From Bacteroidaceae bacterium (lineage in GTDB: Bacteria > Bacteroidota > Bacteroidia > Bacteroidales > Bacteroidaceae): a DNA stretch of 64,000 bases. The DNA lies in contig JAZSKJ010000032.1 in the NCBI GenBank assembly GCA_045534785.1, positions 18,777-82,776 of the forward strand, in the 5' to 3' direction. Shown in pieces: positions 40,932 to 50,846 of the stretch (the stretch's first letter is position 1; each line of letters starts with the position of its first letter). The notes under the pieces were generated by a model that had not been told where the DNA came from, searched no databases, and saw only the letters and a list, made by a program, of their open reading frames with translations. The position numbers and the translations under genes are program-made.

Positions 40932-42242
40932 TTATCGGATTGCAAAAGGATAGTTTATGTAATCTGCGGAGTTTTCTTCCAGTACATCCTGATGCTTGGA
41001 AGGAGTGGGCACTACAACCAGCCAGAGGTGGGACAGCGGCTCTGCTGCGGGGGCTGTAAAGGTAATGGTGCCGATATGTCCGATTGTGGATACTGCGGTA
41101 TCGGAATAGATGCAGGAGCCATCGGCCCGGACCGCTACCAGTCCGAAACTCCAGGCGGCATTGTTTATGTACCTTTCGGATTCGGCGTATGTTGTACGTC
41201 CGGGGTTGAAGAGGCCTTTCAGGCTTACAGAGACAGTCTGTCCAGGAGCAGGAACGGTCATCGATATGCCGTTGTAGCCATACTGCTGGGGCACGCGGTC
41301 ATCGGCAATGCGTTGCCATCCCTCCTCATCGGCCTCCTGCAGCACTGATGTGTGGCGGTTGGCGTAGGGCTTCATGACCTCCTTTACGCGGGGCATATCG
41401 TATGTCATGAAGTGGAGCGCGGCGTCAAGCATCTCCTGGCCGAAAGCGGTATCGTCAATGCCCTGCAACTCCTCATAAACATCAATTATATCGTGCCTGT
41501 GACGGGCCGCCCGCCAAAGGTCCGATATAAACTCCCTGCCATGCCTGTATGACCAGTACTCCAGTACGTATGGCGAGTGGTACATGTTTTCCGGGTGCAT
41601 GAAAGCCAGATGGGTCTGCTGCATGAATGCGTCCCAGTGGTATTTTTCATCATCGACCCAATGGGGGTTGACCTGCCACAGCATCCATTGCGATGTCATC
41701 TCAAAGATGCCTCCGCCACTGAATCCGCTCTTGTTGTCAATGCAGAGCTGGCTCTGGAAACTGTGTCCCAGTTCATGGGCTATGCAGTTCATGCGCTCAT
41801 CCTGCGTGCGCAGGGGCGTTACCCAGAGTGCTCCTATCTTTTCATCGTAGTCACCGCCGTAAGCCGTTCCCTCATCGTCATAACGCAGCATTATCATCAT
41901 CTTGAGACTGTCGGCAGCCGATCCGGGAGTGATAAAATGGAGCGAATCCTTAAAGAAATCGTAGAAATATTGTGATTTAGTAAGGAGATTGTCAAGATTG
42001 GCGGTCATCCTATTACCTTTATAATCAGGTGCTTCTGATACATCGGACCCGAAACCTTTCTCCCAGAATACTATTATATCAGGGGTGGAGACACTGCGCT
42101 GGAAACAGTAGTCCGATGCGGTATCATTAAGGTCCATTCCCTGCAGGTCACTCGGGATATAGACCTGCTTGTCAACGCTCTTACCGCATGATGACAGCAC
42201 TATGGCTGCCGTTATACTGAATATTATTTTTCTTAAATCCAT
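40932..42242 (-). CDS. HExxH zincin-like lipoprotein (putative metallopeptidase; paralogue of the C-terminal part of 45192-46976)
   Basis: 436-aa protein. Lipobox AIVLSSCG. HELGH at 41763-41777. A candidate third zinc ligand lies in GIFEMTSQWM, 21 residues after the second His. Shares IIVFWEKGFG and IGALWVTP with the paralogue. Confidence 0.75.
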   Translation of the reverse strand: MDLRKIIFSITAAIVLSSCGKSVDKQVYIPSDLQGMDLNDTASDYCFQRSVSTPDIIVFWEKGFGSDVSEAPDYKGNRMTANLDNLLTKSQYFYDFFKDSLHFITPGSAADSLKMMIMLRYDDEGTAYGGDYDEKIGALWVTPLRTQDERMNCIAHELGHSFQSQLCIDNKSGFSGGGIFEMTSQWMLWQVNPHWVDDEKYHWDAFMQQTHLAFMHPENMYHSPYVLEYWSYRHGREFISDLWRAARHRHDIIDVYEELQGIDDTAFGQEMLDAALHFMTYDMPRVKEVMKPYANRHTSVLQEADEEGWQRIADDRVPQQYGYNGISMTVPAPGQTVSVSLKGLFNPGRTTYAESERYINNAAWSFGLVAVRADGSCIYSDTAVSTIGHIGTITFTAPAAEPLSHLWLVVVPTPSKHQDVLEENSADYINYPFAIR

Positions 42243-42245
42243 ATC

Positions 42246-45164
42246 TTACAGGGTGGAGCGAAGGCGGTTGAGGGCGTTGCTGATCATATCCGGGGTGCCG
42301 CTGCCGTCGTTTACGTACTGTATCACCATGTCTGCGTAGGTTATGGCCTCGCGCAGCGGGGTGGTCTTGTTGGGGATGTTTTCCTTGCAGTCAGTGACCA
42401 GGCGGAGCAGTTCATCCAGATCCTCGGGCTCGGCCAGGTTACCGGGGCGCATCACTGCCAGAGCGGCTTTCAGGGCCGATGCGGCATCATTCACCATCTT
42501 CTGGTCAACTCCCTGCACGTTACTGTCAGTGAGGGCCCGTGCAGCCTGCATGCACTCTTGCATGCGGGCGTATCCGTGCGCTGCCCATGGGGCGAATGCC
42601 GGGGTCTTTACATCCAGGGCGTTCCAGGCATCCTGAGCCTTGACACGTTCTGTAGCAGCGTCTATGGCCTGATTCAGTTCACTATAGTCAATACCGCCGC
42701 GTCTGGACGATGCATTCCGGGACTTGCCGCTAATCATGTTCAGGCGCAGGTAGTGGGTTGAATTGTCACGTATCCAGTAGTCCGGCAGGAACGTATGTCC
42801 GGCAAACTGCAGACCGTACCTGTTTCCGTCCGTTCCATCGGCGGCGGTGACGGGCAGTACATCTACATCGCTCATATCGGCGGTAATGTCAAACTCGGCA
42901 TCGTTCCACGATGTAATATCGGGTGCGGCCATCACCAGCGGTCCGTACATGAGTGCACCCACCCACTGCGGGGCGAACGGGGTGTTGGTCTGGCCTGTTC
43001 CGGTGGCAGCCAGGTCCATCTTGTCCGGGCCCCAGTTGATATGCTTGCTGTAAGGCATTGATATCTCTACCTGGTCTCCCTTGCTCCAGGTGCGCACAGG
43101 AATCTCCACATAACTGCAAGGCTGGCATTTCCGGGCTACGATACGGCCGTTCAGCTTAACGGTAAAGCCCTCTGTAGCCCAATAGGGTACACGCAGCTTG
43201 AGCGTAAACTCTGCACTGCCGTCTGTCACGGTTATCCTGGAACTCTGGGCCGGCCACAGGCACTCCTGCCTGAGCGTTACGCCTTTCTGCTGCCAGCGGG
43301 CCTCGGTGGGCAGATAGAGTGCCACCCACATGGTGTTGTCCGATACAAAATAGGCTGCCTCCTGATACTTGACGTGGTTCTCGGCTCCGGTGCCGCCGCA
43401 GCAGCTCTCCTGCGGGGTCTCATTGCCCCAAGGCTTGGAGGCGTTCATGCCCACCGCATACTGATAGGTGACGCTGTAATGTTCGGGATGCAGCGAGCCT
43501 ACTATCTGGTTGTAGAGTACACGCTCATAATAGTCCATATACTGTGCGTTGTCCGGGTCAAAGCAGTTAAGGTCCTTGGTCAGTTTGGCCAGGTTATAGG
43601 CGCAGCAGGTCTCGTTGATATTGGGGTTGGGGTGTATGTTGCGCCTGTAATCGGACATGACGTTGGTGTTCATGCTCAGTATCTGGGTGTAGGGCTGACG
43701 GAACATCTCGCCGTTGCCCACACCGCCCATGGCGTAGGCGTAGCGGCCCTGCACAAGGCTCCAGAAATTGTATGCCAGATTGTAGTAGTAGGCGTTACCG
43801 TTGGTCCTGTACGAGCGCAGCGCACCTGTTATCATGGGGATATGCTGGTTGGCATGGCGCGTACGTATGTCATCAATGTTCCTTGACAGGGGGTCAAAGA
43901 AGGCGGGCGAGTCAAAATATGATGCAGCCTCAATAAATCGGGCGCGGTCTGTGGCATCCGATGACATCTCGGCCAGTCGTGACAGGGACTCGGCCATGCC
44001 TCCAACTTCGCCTGCAATGTACATGTTCCACATCTCATAGCGGTTGCCGGGGCGGGCCTGACGCTCGGCGCGGGTGCCGTCGGTCTTTACGTATGTGCGG
44101 TAATGCAGGCGGTTCCATACCCACAGTCCCATATCATGGGCTATGAGCAGGGCCTTCTGCGCCACCTCCCGGTCATCGACGTTCACAGCTATGTCGATGA
44201 GTCCGGCCAGCTGCTTGTGGATGGTGTAGTAGGGGGCCCATACGCCGCTCTCATTGTTATAGGCTGCGTATTTCTCTATCAGCACGGCATGCTGTGCGGG
44301 TATGGCGTTCAGGTATCCGTAGCCATAGGCGCGGCAGTCTTTCTTGTACTGGTCAAATGCATCCCAGGTGCCTTTAAGCTGCATGAGCTCGGCCTCGGGG
44401 GCCAGGTCACGGGCCTCACGGTAGCGGCCCAGACGGTTGTCCCATACAAAAGTCAGTTCCTGGCAGGCGCGCATCTCATCGACCATGCGGCGGATGCGCT
44501 CCATCAGCTGGCTGCGCAGCGCTGCGTCATCAGTCCCGGCGTATGCAAACGCCAGAGCCGACAGATAGTGGCCGGTGCCGTGCCCCTTGAGTTTGGTGTG
44601 GGGTGAGTCCCAGCCGTCGGACATGGTATAGCCTTGGGTGGTCAGCCCGTAGGTGTCACGGTAGTTGTAGAGCTGCTGCGTGACATCTAGTGCCAGCAGC
44701 GCACGTATGTCAAGGTCACGGTTGGATGTGAGACGGTTATCGCCTATAAGCCTTACGCTGCCCAGGGGCAGAGGGCTGGCTATGGGCTGCGGGGCAGGGG
44801 CATTCCATCCTTGTCCGGTTACTTTGACGGTTGCTGATATGGGGTAGCCGGCGGGGGTGGTGTTATCGCCGGTAATGAATCCTTTGATGGAATACGTACT
44901 TCCGGCCGGATACCTGGAGGCATCGGCCTGGGTACGCTCCACATCGGCCACATGGTTGGCCCATACGGTCTGCCTGAGTTCGCTCCGGCCATCGGTGTAG
45001 GTGACCCTCACCTGCCAGGGTAGCCTGGCAACGGTACCTTGGGGGGTCTCTACACTGATGGGTTCCACATTCTTGATGGTGCGCATTTGGCTGCGTCCTG
45101 CACAAGATGTGAGAACCAGCGCCAGAGCAAGCTTAAACAGGGTCTTGTTAATCACAGTAGTCAA
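42246..45164 (-). CDS. GH127/GH146-type (DUF1680-like) beta-L-arabinofuranosidase-family glycoside hydrolase, large multidomain form
   Basis: 972-aa protein. Signal/lipobox LALVLTSCAG. N-terminal Ig-like segment (LPWQVRVTYTDGRSELRQTVW). Cys-rich catalytic-type motifs NINETCCAYNLAKL and PQESCCGGTGAENH resemble the E-x-C / CC zinc and nucleophile motifs of GH127. C-terminal helical region. The exact family (127 vs 146) cannot be decided by eye. Confidence 0.65.
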   Translation of the reverse strand: MTTVINKTLFKLALALVLTSCAGRSQMRTIKNVEPISVETPQGTVARLPWQVRVTYTDGRSELRQTVWANHVADVERTQADASRYPAGSTYSIKGFITGDNTTPAGYPISATVKVTGQGWNAPAPQPIASPLPLGSVRLIGDNRLTSNRDLDIRALLALDVTQQLYNYRDTYGLTTQGYTMSDGWDSPHTKLKGHGTGHYLSALAFAYAGTDDAALRSQLMERIRRMVDEMRACQELTFVWDNRLGRYREARDLAPEAELMQLKGTWDAFDQYKKDCRAYGYGYLNAIPAQHAVLIEKYAAYNNESGVWAPYYTIHKQLAGLIDIAVNVDDREVAQKALLIAHDMGLWVWNRLHYRTYVKTDGTRAERQARPGNRYEMWNMYIAGEVGGMAESLSRLAEMSSDATDRARFIEAASYFDSPAFFDPLSRNIDDIRTRHANQHIPMITGALRSYRTNGNAYYYNLAYNFWSLVQGRYAYAMGGVGNGEMFRQPYTQILSMNTNVMSDYRRNIHPNPNINETCCAYNLAKLTKDLNCFDPDNAQYMDYYERVLYNQIVGSLHPEHYSVTYQYAVGMNASKPWGNETPQESCCGGTGAENHVKYQEAAYFVSDNTMWVALYLPTEARWQQKGVTLRQECLWPAQSSRITVTDGSAEFTLKLRVPYWATEGFTVKLNGRIVARKCQPCSYVEIPVRTWSKGDQVEISMPYSKHINWGPDKMDLAATGTGQTNTPFAPQWVGALMYGPLVMAAPDITSWNDAEFDITADMSDVDVLPVTAADGTDGNRYGLQFAGHTFLPDYWIRDNSTHYLRLNMISGKSRNASSRRGGIDYSELNQAIDAATERVKAQDAWNALDVKTPAFAPWAAHGYARMQECMQAARALTDSNVQGVDQKMVNDAASALKAALAVMRPGNLAEPEDLDELLRLVTDCKENIPNKTTPLREAITYADMVIQYVNDGSGTPDMISNALNRLRSTL

Positions 45165-45191
45165 ACTAAATGAAGAAAATTTGTCCTTTTT

Positions 45192-46976
45192 TTATCTATC
45201 ATAGGGTTTAGTGCCATCAAACTTAGCCTGCCAGGGCCATACTGACACGGGCTTGCCGTTGTCTTCACCCCAGGGGTGACGTATGTATCTGGCGGGGGCA
45301 CCGGTTACCACAAACCACAGGTTCTGGCTGTTAGCAGGCACATTAAAGCTCTGCTCAGTGTCCTGGGCGCTCCAGATGGGGCTGTAGGTGGTGGTGCCGT
45401 CAGAGTTGTAGCTTACAAATCCGTAACGCCATCCGGCCAGGTCCTGCGGACCCACGGTGCAGCCTGCCAGCTCGCTCAGACCGTGCAGCGTAACCTTTAC
45501 GGTCTGGCCTGCAGCGGCAGTCATGCGTACTGCATTTGATCCGGTTGACTCCGGGGCCTTGGCTGCCGATATGCGCCACCAGTCTGTATCCACGTTGCTT
45601 ATGGCTGTGGCAGGAATGGCTGTGCGGCCGATATAGCGTTTGCCGTTGTTGCGTATCTCATCCATATCCCAGGTGAGACAGCGGGCGGCGTAGTTCCATA
45701 TATCATCGTTAAAGGCGTTCACATCATACTCCATAAGACGCATGTAGGTCTCGCAGGGGTCCTCGGGGTACTGGGCGTTGCGCCACATCTTGGCCAGGAA
45801 TGTGATGTCATCATTGTTATGGCACCACCACCACTGTATGAAGTAGTTGGCGTAGCGCGGGGTCTCATGCAGCACGTGCAGGTGGGTCTGGTCACAGAAT
45901 GCCCCGAAGTTATAGTTCTCAAACGCCTCGTCCTTATAGGTCTGGTAGCTCTGCCACTGTGCGCACTGCTCCCAGAAAGCGTTGCCGCCGGCTCCGTTCT
46001 GGCCGAATCCGTAACGCCATCCGGGGCCCTGGTTACCGCTTACGTACGGTCTCTGGGCTGCGGGCACGCCGGTGTTCTTAAGCCAGTCACAGAATGTCAT
46101 GTACTGGAATGTGTGGCCTATCTCATGGGCAATGGTGCTGCCTACAGGCTGGCAGGTGCTGGGGTTGACCCACAGTGCACCAATCATATTGTCATATCCG
46201 CTACCGGTGGCAAGCCACTCTGACTGGTAGAGGATGTAGATTTCAAACTTATAGTCGTCCAGGACAGACTTGCCTGTTCCGGGCTCGGAGAACTTGAGTG
46301 TCTCCGTGTTTATCTTATAGAATTCTTCGGCTTTCTTAAGCAGGTCGTCTATATCGACCCTCATTTTTGAACTTTTACAGGTGGTGGGCGATGTGTTTGC
46401 CACTCCCATACGGTCTCCGTAGAGTCCGTACTCACCGTACTGCTTGTCCCAGAACACAACTACGTGCTCTGTCTGCTTGCTGCGGCACCAGCTCCATTTG
46501 CTGTCCGAGCGCAGCATGTCAAAGTCAAACTCCAGCGGTTTGTAGTATTTGTCAAAATCCTGGACATCATCCATGGTCAGGATAAGGCATTTGCGGCCCT
46601 GTGTTACGGTGAACTTCTTGCTGTTGGCGCCCGATACTATCTTGAACTTGGCGGTACGGGTCTCGGCAAGTCCCTCCTCAAGAGCAGTGAACGTGATTCT
46701 CTTGTTCTTGGTTGATACCCCGTGTGTAAGGTCGGCTTCAAGCCAGGTCTGCTCTTCCTTGTCATTTGATACCAGATACCATTCATGGTCAACGGTAAGC
46801 CTGATTATAGCCTTGCCTCCCTTGTCGGCCGGAAGATCCAGGTCTGTGGCGGTAAGGGTTATGGATGATTCATACTTGTCATTGGGATCCGGCCCGATGA
46901 CAGCCTCTTCGTCTTCTTTTGAGCATGATGCCAGCATGGTCATAACCACAGCTGACAGGAATAGTATCTTGCGCAT
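45192..46976 (-). CDS. BACON-domain plus HExxH zincin-like lipoprotein
   Basis: 594-aa protein. Lipobox TMLASCS. N-terminal BACON-like domain (ITLTATDLDLPADKGGKAIIRLTVDHEWYLVS...RTAKFKIVSGANSKKFTVTQG). HEIGH at 46113-46127. AFWEQCAQWQ is equivalent to the paralogue's IFEMTSQW. Confidence 0.75.
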   Translation of the reverse strand: MRKILFLSAVVMTMLASCSKEDEEAVIGPDPNDKYESSITLTATDLDLPADKGGKAIIRLTVDHEWYLVSNDKEEQTWLEADLTHGVSTKNKRITFTALEEGLAETRTAKFKIVSGANSKKFTVTQGRKCLILTMDDVQDFDKYYKPLEFDFDMLRSDSKWSWCRSKQTEHVVVFWDKQYGEYGLYGDRMGVANTSPTTCKSSKMRVDIDDLLKKAEEFYKINTETLKFSEPGTGKSVLDDYKFEIYILYQSEWLATGSGYDNMIGALWVNPSTCQPVGSTIAHEIGHTFQYMTFCDWLKNTGVPAAQRPYVSGNQGPGWRYGFGQNGAGGNAFWEQCAQWQSYQTYKDEAFENYNFGAFCDQTHLHVLHETPRYANYFIQWWWCHNNDDITFLAKMWRNAQYPEDPCETYMRLMEYDVNAFNDDIWNYAARCLTWDMDEIRNNGKRYIGRTAIPATAISNVDTDWWRISAAKAPESTGSNAVRMTAAAGQTVKVTLHGLSELAGCTVGPQDLAGWRYGFVSYNSDGTTTYSPIWSAQDTEQSFNVPANSQNLWFVVTGAPARYIRHPWGEDNGKPVSVWPWQAKFDGTKPYDR

Positions 46977-47004
46977 TGTAATGTCTGTTTAAGGAATACT
47001 TTAT

Positions 47005-47040
47005 AAAAAACAGGGAGCGGGCGTTATTCCGCCCCCTGTT
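47005..47040 (-). terminator. Rho-independent-type terminator downstream of the 47053-48882 gene
   Basis: The minus-strand RNA reads CAGGGGGCGG-AAUAA-CGCCCGCUCCCUG followed by UUUUUU (plus-strand aaaaaa at 47005-47010). The stem is 10 bp and GC-rich with one G:U. Confidence 0.6.
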
Positions 47041-47052
47041 TTGATTTGGGAA

Positions 47053-48882
47053 TTACTCAGTTACGGTAATTGTAAGGGTGCATGTGACATGCTTCATCGT
47101 ATTCAGGTCTGCTACACGGAATGTGGCGGTGTATGAACCGGCAGTTGCATTGTCGGGGTGTATGCCTGTGGCAAGACCCTTGAATACTTCTTCATCATAG
47201 CTGGGCTCTACAAAGAATACGCTCTCAGCTCCATAACCTACAGCCTCACCGTCGGCATTCATCCAGAATCCGCCGTTAGCGGTGTATTCCATTCCACCGT
47301 TAGTATCAAGGATGGTTATGTCTGATACTCCCAGGGTTGTCAGTATGTCTGATATGTCAACAAGCTGGCCGCCGTATCCATCGGCAAGGGCCTGAGTGGC
47401 AGACAAGGTGGCTGTTCCGACCTCGGTTGTCTGATAGATTGCAGGCTCAGCCACTGTTAGGACAAATGTGAGCACGCAGCTCTTATCGCCAAGCTCCAGG
47501 CCCAGCTTGAATGTAGCGGTCTCACCCGAATCCTTCCAGAGTCCGCAACCGAATGTGTTGTTGCCTCTGTACTCTATAAAGCCACCTAAGTCAGGATCAG
47601 ATGTAACAGTGGTATAGTCTGATACGTTTCCGTTGGCCAGATACCAGTAACCGTTATTGGCTGTAAATTCACCGTCAAAGCGTGAATTGTCTGCGTTAAC
47701 ACCGAATATCGTTACCTTTGAAAGGTCAACTGAGTCAACACCCAGGGCCTGGGATATGGCAGCGATGTTGTTGGCGGTGAGAACGTGATCTATGTCACCA
47801 GTCTCAAGCGGTACCAATTCGTTGATAACGGTATAGTCAATACCTGTTACGTTTATGGCTACCTTAACGATGTATGCGTCACCATTGTCATTTGCAAATG
47901 CTATGGCACCGTTTACTGTGGTTCCGGCAATTGTCTCATCGGGGAACAGACAGTAAATCCAGTGGTCCTGCTCGTTGTTGTTAAGGCATACGGCTGCGCC
48001 CTCGCCCCATGCGCCCTGTTTTCCGTCCTTCATGAACCAGAAGTTGTTGCCCATGACTGCTGAGTATGAACCGTCTGGGTTCACGGCGTATGCCTTGGCG
48101 CTCTGAGCATCGACACCAATCTTAGCCTTTATCTCCTCGACAGGCAGATCAATGGCATAATGGATGTATTCTGAATCAAAGTCAATATCATAGCTGAGCT
48201 CTGTGGTGGCTACGACATTGAGATTAATCTCCTGGGCGGCTACGATGTTGAATGTGATCTCTACATAGCAGTACAGGTCAACCTCATCAGCGTCCTCAGC
48301 CTCCTTGAGGAAGAAGTATGTGGCCTTAACCTTGTCGCCGGCCTTGTACTGGTTCTGTCCGGGCTTGAAACCGATGGTGAATTTCCACATGTTGGCAAGC
48401 TCTTCATCGGACGGATCCTCAAGACCCCACTCAATGTTGCTCTCGTGATAGAACACGCCTCCGTCACCCCATGTGGTAACTGCTGACTCTGCGTTCATCC
48501 AGCAACCGAAATTGTTTGTGCTTGAAGGGCAGAAATTCATCTTGTCATGGTCATTGCCTGTGCAGACACCAAAAGATATGGTGTTGTCAACCTGTGTGGT
48601 TGACGGGGCGGTACCTGTAAATGAACCCATAGCCTTGTAGAATTCCACCTCGGTCATGTCAAAGAAGTCCAGGATCTCATCACCAGGCATAGTTATCTCG
48701 CCAGTGCCGTAGTCATTTGTCTCAACGCCTTCAATGAGGTCTATTGAGCAGGACAGGGTCAGTTCCTTGTAGTCCTCGTCGCCTCCCTCGGGAGCCAGCT
48801 TGGTCTCGTCGTCATTACATGCCGTGATTGCAATGGCTGCCAGTGCAACTGTGGCAAATCTTAAAAACTTTCTCATAATCAA
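47053..48882 (-). CDS. PUL-encoded surface lipoprotein with about 4 internal repeats (SusE/F-position; putative surface glycan-binding protein)
   Basis: 609-aa protein. Lipobox AIAITACN. Located immediately downstream of SusD. Recurrent module motif: GCWMNAESA, NFWFMKDGKQG, GYWYLANGNV, GFWMNADGEA. Confidence 0.7.
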   Translation of the reverse strand: MIMRKFLRFATVALAAIAITACNDDETKLAPEGGDEDYKELTLSCSIDLIEGVETNDYGTGEITMPGDEILDFFDMTEVEFYKAMGSFTGTAPSTTQVDNTISFGVCTGNDHDKMNFCPSSTNNFGCWMNAESAVTTWGDGGVFYHESNIEWGLEDPSDEELANMWKFTIGFKPGQNQYKAGDKVKATYFFLKEAEDADEVDLYCYVEITFNIVAAQEINLNVVATTELSYDIDFDSEYIHYAIDLPVEEIKAKIGVDAQSAKAYAVNPDGSYSAVMGNNFWFMKDGKQGAWGEGAAVCLNNNEQDHWIYCLFPDETIAGTTVNGAIAFANDNGDAYIVKVAINVTGIDYTVINELVPLETGDIDHVLTANNIAAISQALGVDSVDLSKVTIFGVNADNSRFDGEFTANNGYWYLANGNVSDYTTVTSDPDLGGFIEYRGNNTFGCGLWKDSGETATFKLGLELGDKSCVLTFVLTVAEPAIYQTTEVGTATLSATQALADGYGGQLVDISDILTTLGVSDITILDTNGGMEYTANGGFWMNADGEAVGYGAESVFFVEPSYDEEVFKGLATGIHPDNATAGSYTATFRVADLNTMKHVTCTLTITVTE

Positions 48883-48918
48883 AAAATGTTTTGGTTGTTA
48901 ATTATATTAATTGTATTG

Positions 48919-50829
48919 TTATTCCTGCGGCTCGTTGTCTGCAAAACCTGAGTTCTGAACCAGCTTTACGTTTGATGTGAGGAACTCGTTGTAGATGGGG
49001 AACACGTTGTTGTGCCAGTCGCCCACGGCTGCCTTCTCCTTGTGGCAGAACCATGTCTTGCCATTATATACGTTGCGTCCGTCGGAGCACATGAAACGGA
49101 TAAGGTCCTGACGGCGGTGATGCTCACCTACAAACTCCCATGCCAGGTCATCCAGCAGTCCGCCAAGCTCTATGGTAGCCTCGTTGTCAACGGTATAGGT
49201 GGTGAATGACGATGACTTTACATTGCCGTCGGCATCATACTGGAAATCGTTGTAGGGATTGGATGATCCGCTGGTGGAGCACTCGCGTACGCCGTAGTCA
49301 TAGACGCTGTTGCCCTTAAGCTGGGCTGCGGTACGGGTAGCCTTGGCGGGGTTGTCCTTGAATGCGCGCTGGCGAACCTCGGTAACCCATGCGGCTGCAT
49401 CGTCCTCGGTCTTGCCGTCATACGTGCCGCCTATGCGCAGCAGAGCCTCGGCCTTGATGAACATGGCATCGGCCAGACGGTAGAAACATACGTCATCTCC
49501 GTAGGTGCCTGTGTTACCGGGCACTATCTCCTGTTTCTGGAACCTGGCACCCTCAAAGTCGTATGCTCCGGGGTTGTTGATGGAGTGGACTTCGACAGTG
49601 TAGCTGAGAGGGTAGAATCCTACTGAGTTTCCGAACTTGGCATGACGCTCATCGGCATCATACTGGGCCTTGGTGAGACGCAGCGGGTCATCGCTTGCCA
49701 CTTTCTGCTCCTCCTCATATATGGGCATGGTCTTGTCCTCAAAGTAGTACTGCTGGCCTATTGCCCATGTGTCGGTAAGACGGGTGTCGGCGGGGTCATA
49801 GCTGTGTATGAACTGCGGTACTGCGCAAGAGCCGTTCCAGGGGGTTCCGCTGTAGCCGTATGCCTGTCCGCCACGGCCCACAAAGCACTTGTTTATAAGG
49901 TAGTTGTGGCTGGCCTTGGCACCGTCCAGAGGCAGTACGAATATGGCCTCGGGCGATGTTATCTTGGCCCTGCTGTTGTCCTTGTAGTTGGGGGCAAGGG
50001 TGTAGCCGCCCTCATCGGTAACTATCTTGGCGTAATCGTATGCCTTCTTGTACCACTTGTTGTCATTCTGGGCGTTGGTCTTAAACCACTCGCTCTCAAG
50101 GTTGCGGTTGTCCTTGGCGTTGGGGGCCATGATAAGGGTGCTGTTCTCATCCCAGCCGCGCAGCCATGCGTCATGGTTAAGGAATATCTTGGCGGCAAGC
50201 ATGCTTGCGGCATACTTGTTCATGCGGCCGTACTGCTTCTCGGTGCTCATGTCGGGCACAGCCTCCTCAATCTCCTTGACCAGGAAATCCCATACATGCT
50301 CAGGGGCCACCTGCAGGGGCAGATAACCCTGTTCTGTAATCAGTTCGGTCTCAAGCGGTATGTTGCGCCACAGGTCAAACAGGATGTAGTAGTACAGTAC
50401 ACGCAATGCGCGGACCTCGGCCTTGGCCTGAGGGTTGTTCTGTATGGTGGGAACCTCCAGAAGCTGGTTGGCCTCGGTTATTCCCTTGTTGCAGTAGTAC
50501 CACTCCTGCCACAGATGGGGTATGCCTGCATAGAAGGTGTGCTGATGCAGGTTGATGTACTGCGCTCCCCAGCCGCCGTATGTGCGGTAAGGTGTCATGA
50601 GCAGGTCACTGGACTCCTCGTTGATGTCAAAGTAGCCTTCCCATGCCCAGTACATGAAACGCAGCTGTACATAGAGGTTGCCAAGTATATCCTGTGTCTC
50701 CTCATCAGAGCCGGTCAGGTTGGATGGTGACAGGCTGTCATAGATGTTCTCATCCAGGTTTGTGCATGAGCTGGTAATGAGGGTCATGCCCAGCAGCACT
50801 GACGTAACATAGTTAAGTATCTTTTTCAT
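48919..50829 (-). CDS. SusD/RagB-family nutrient-binding outer-membrane lipoprotein
   Basis: 636-aa protein. Lipobox LITSSCTNLDENIYDSL. TPR-like helical N-terminal half (RALRVLYYYILFDLWRNIPL). 17-bp gap after SusC. Confidence 0.9.
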   Translation of the reverse strand: MKKILNYVTSVLLGMTLITSSCTNLDENIYDSLSPSNLTGSDEETQDILGNLYVQLRFMYWAWEGYFDINEESSDLLMTPYRTYGGWGAQYINLHQHTFYAGIPHLWQEWYYCNKGITEANQLLEVPTIQNNPQAKAEVRALRVLYYYILFDLWRNIPLETELITEQGYLPLQVAPEHVWDFLVKEIEEAVPDMSTEKQYGRMNKYAASMLAAKIFLNHDAWLRGWDENSTLIMAPNAKDNRNLESEWFKTNAQNDNKWYKKAYDYAKIVTDEGGYTLAPNYKDNSRAKITSPEAIFVLPLDGAKASHNYLINKCFVGRGGQAYGYSGTPWNGSCAVPQFIHSYDPADTRLTDTWAIGQQYYFEDKTMPIYEEEQKVASDDPLRLTKAQYDADERHAKFGNSVGFYPLSYTVEVHSINNPGAYDFEGARFQKQEIVPGNTGTYGDDVCFYRLADAMFIKAEALLRIGGTYDGKTEDDAAAWVTEVRQRAFKDNPAKATRTAAQLKGNSVYDYGVRECSTSGSSNPYNDFQYDADGNVKSSSFTTYTVDNEATIELGGLLDDLAWEFVGEHHRRQDLIRFMCSDGRNVYNGKTWFCHKEKAAVGDWHNNVFPIYNEFLTSNVKLVQNSGFADNEPQE

Positions 50830-50846
50830 AACTGTATTCTCATTGT

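Noticed and set aside
49642-50730. 362-aa plus-strand ORF, and similar long antisense ORFs at 57651-58466, 59024-59722, 61344-62348, 43374-43886, 44103-44606 and 29757-30470.
   Set aside because: - Each lies entirely antisense to a gene with strong family motifs (SusD, GH97, GH127, GH51, GH127/146-like, DUF2764).
- They occur in GC-rich stretches where stop codons are rare.
- Their composition is Val/Gly/Leu/His-rich with no motifs.
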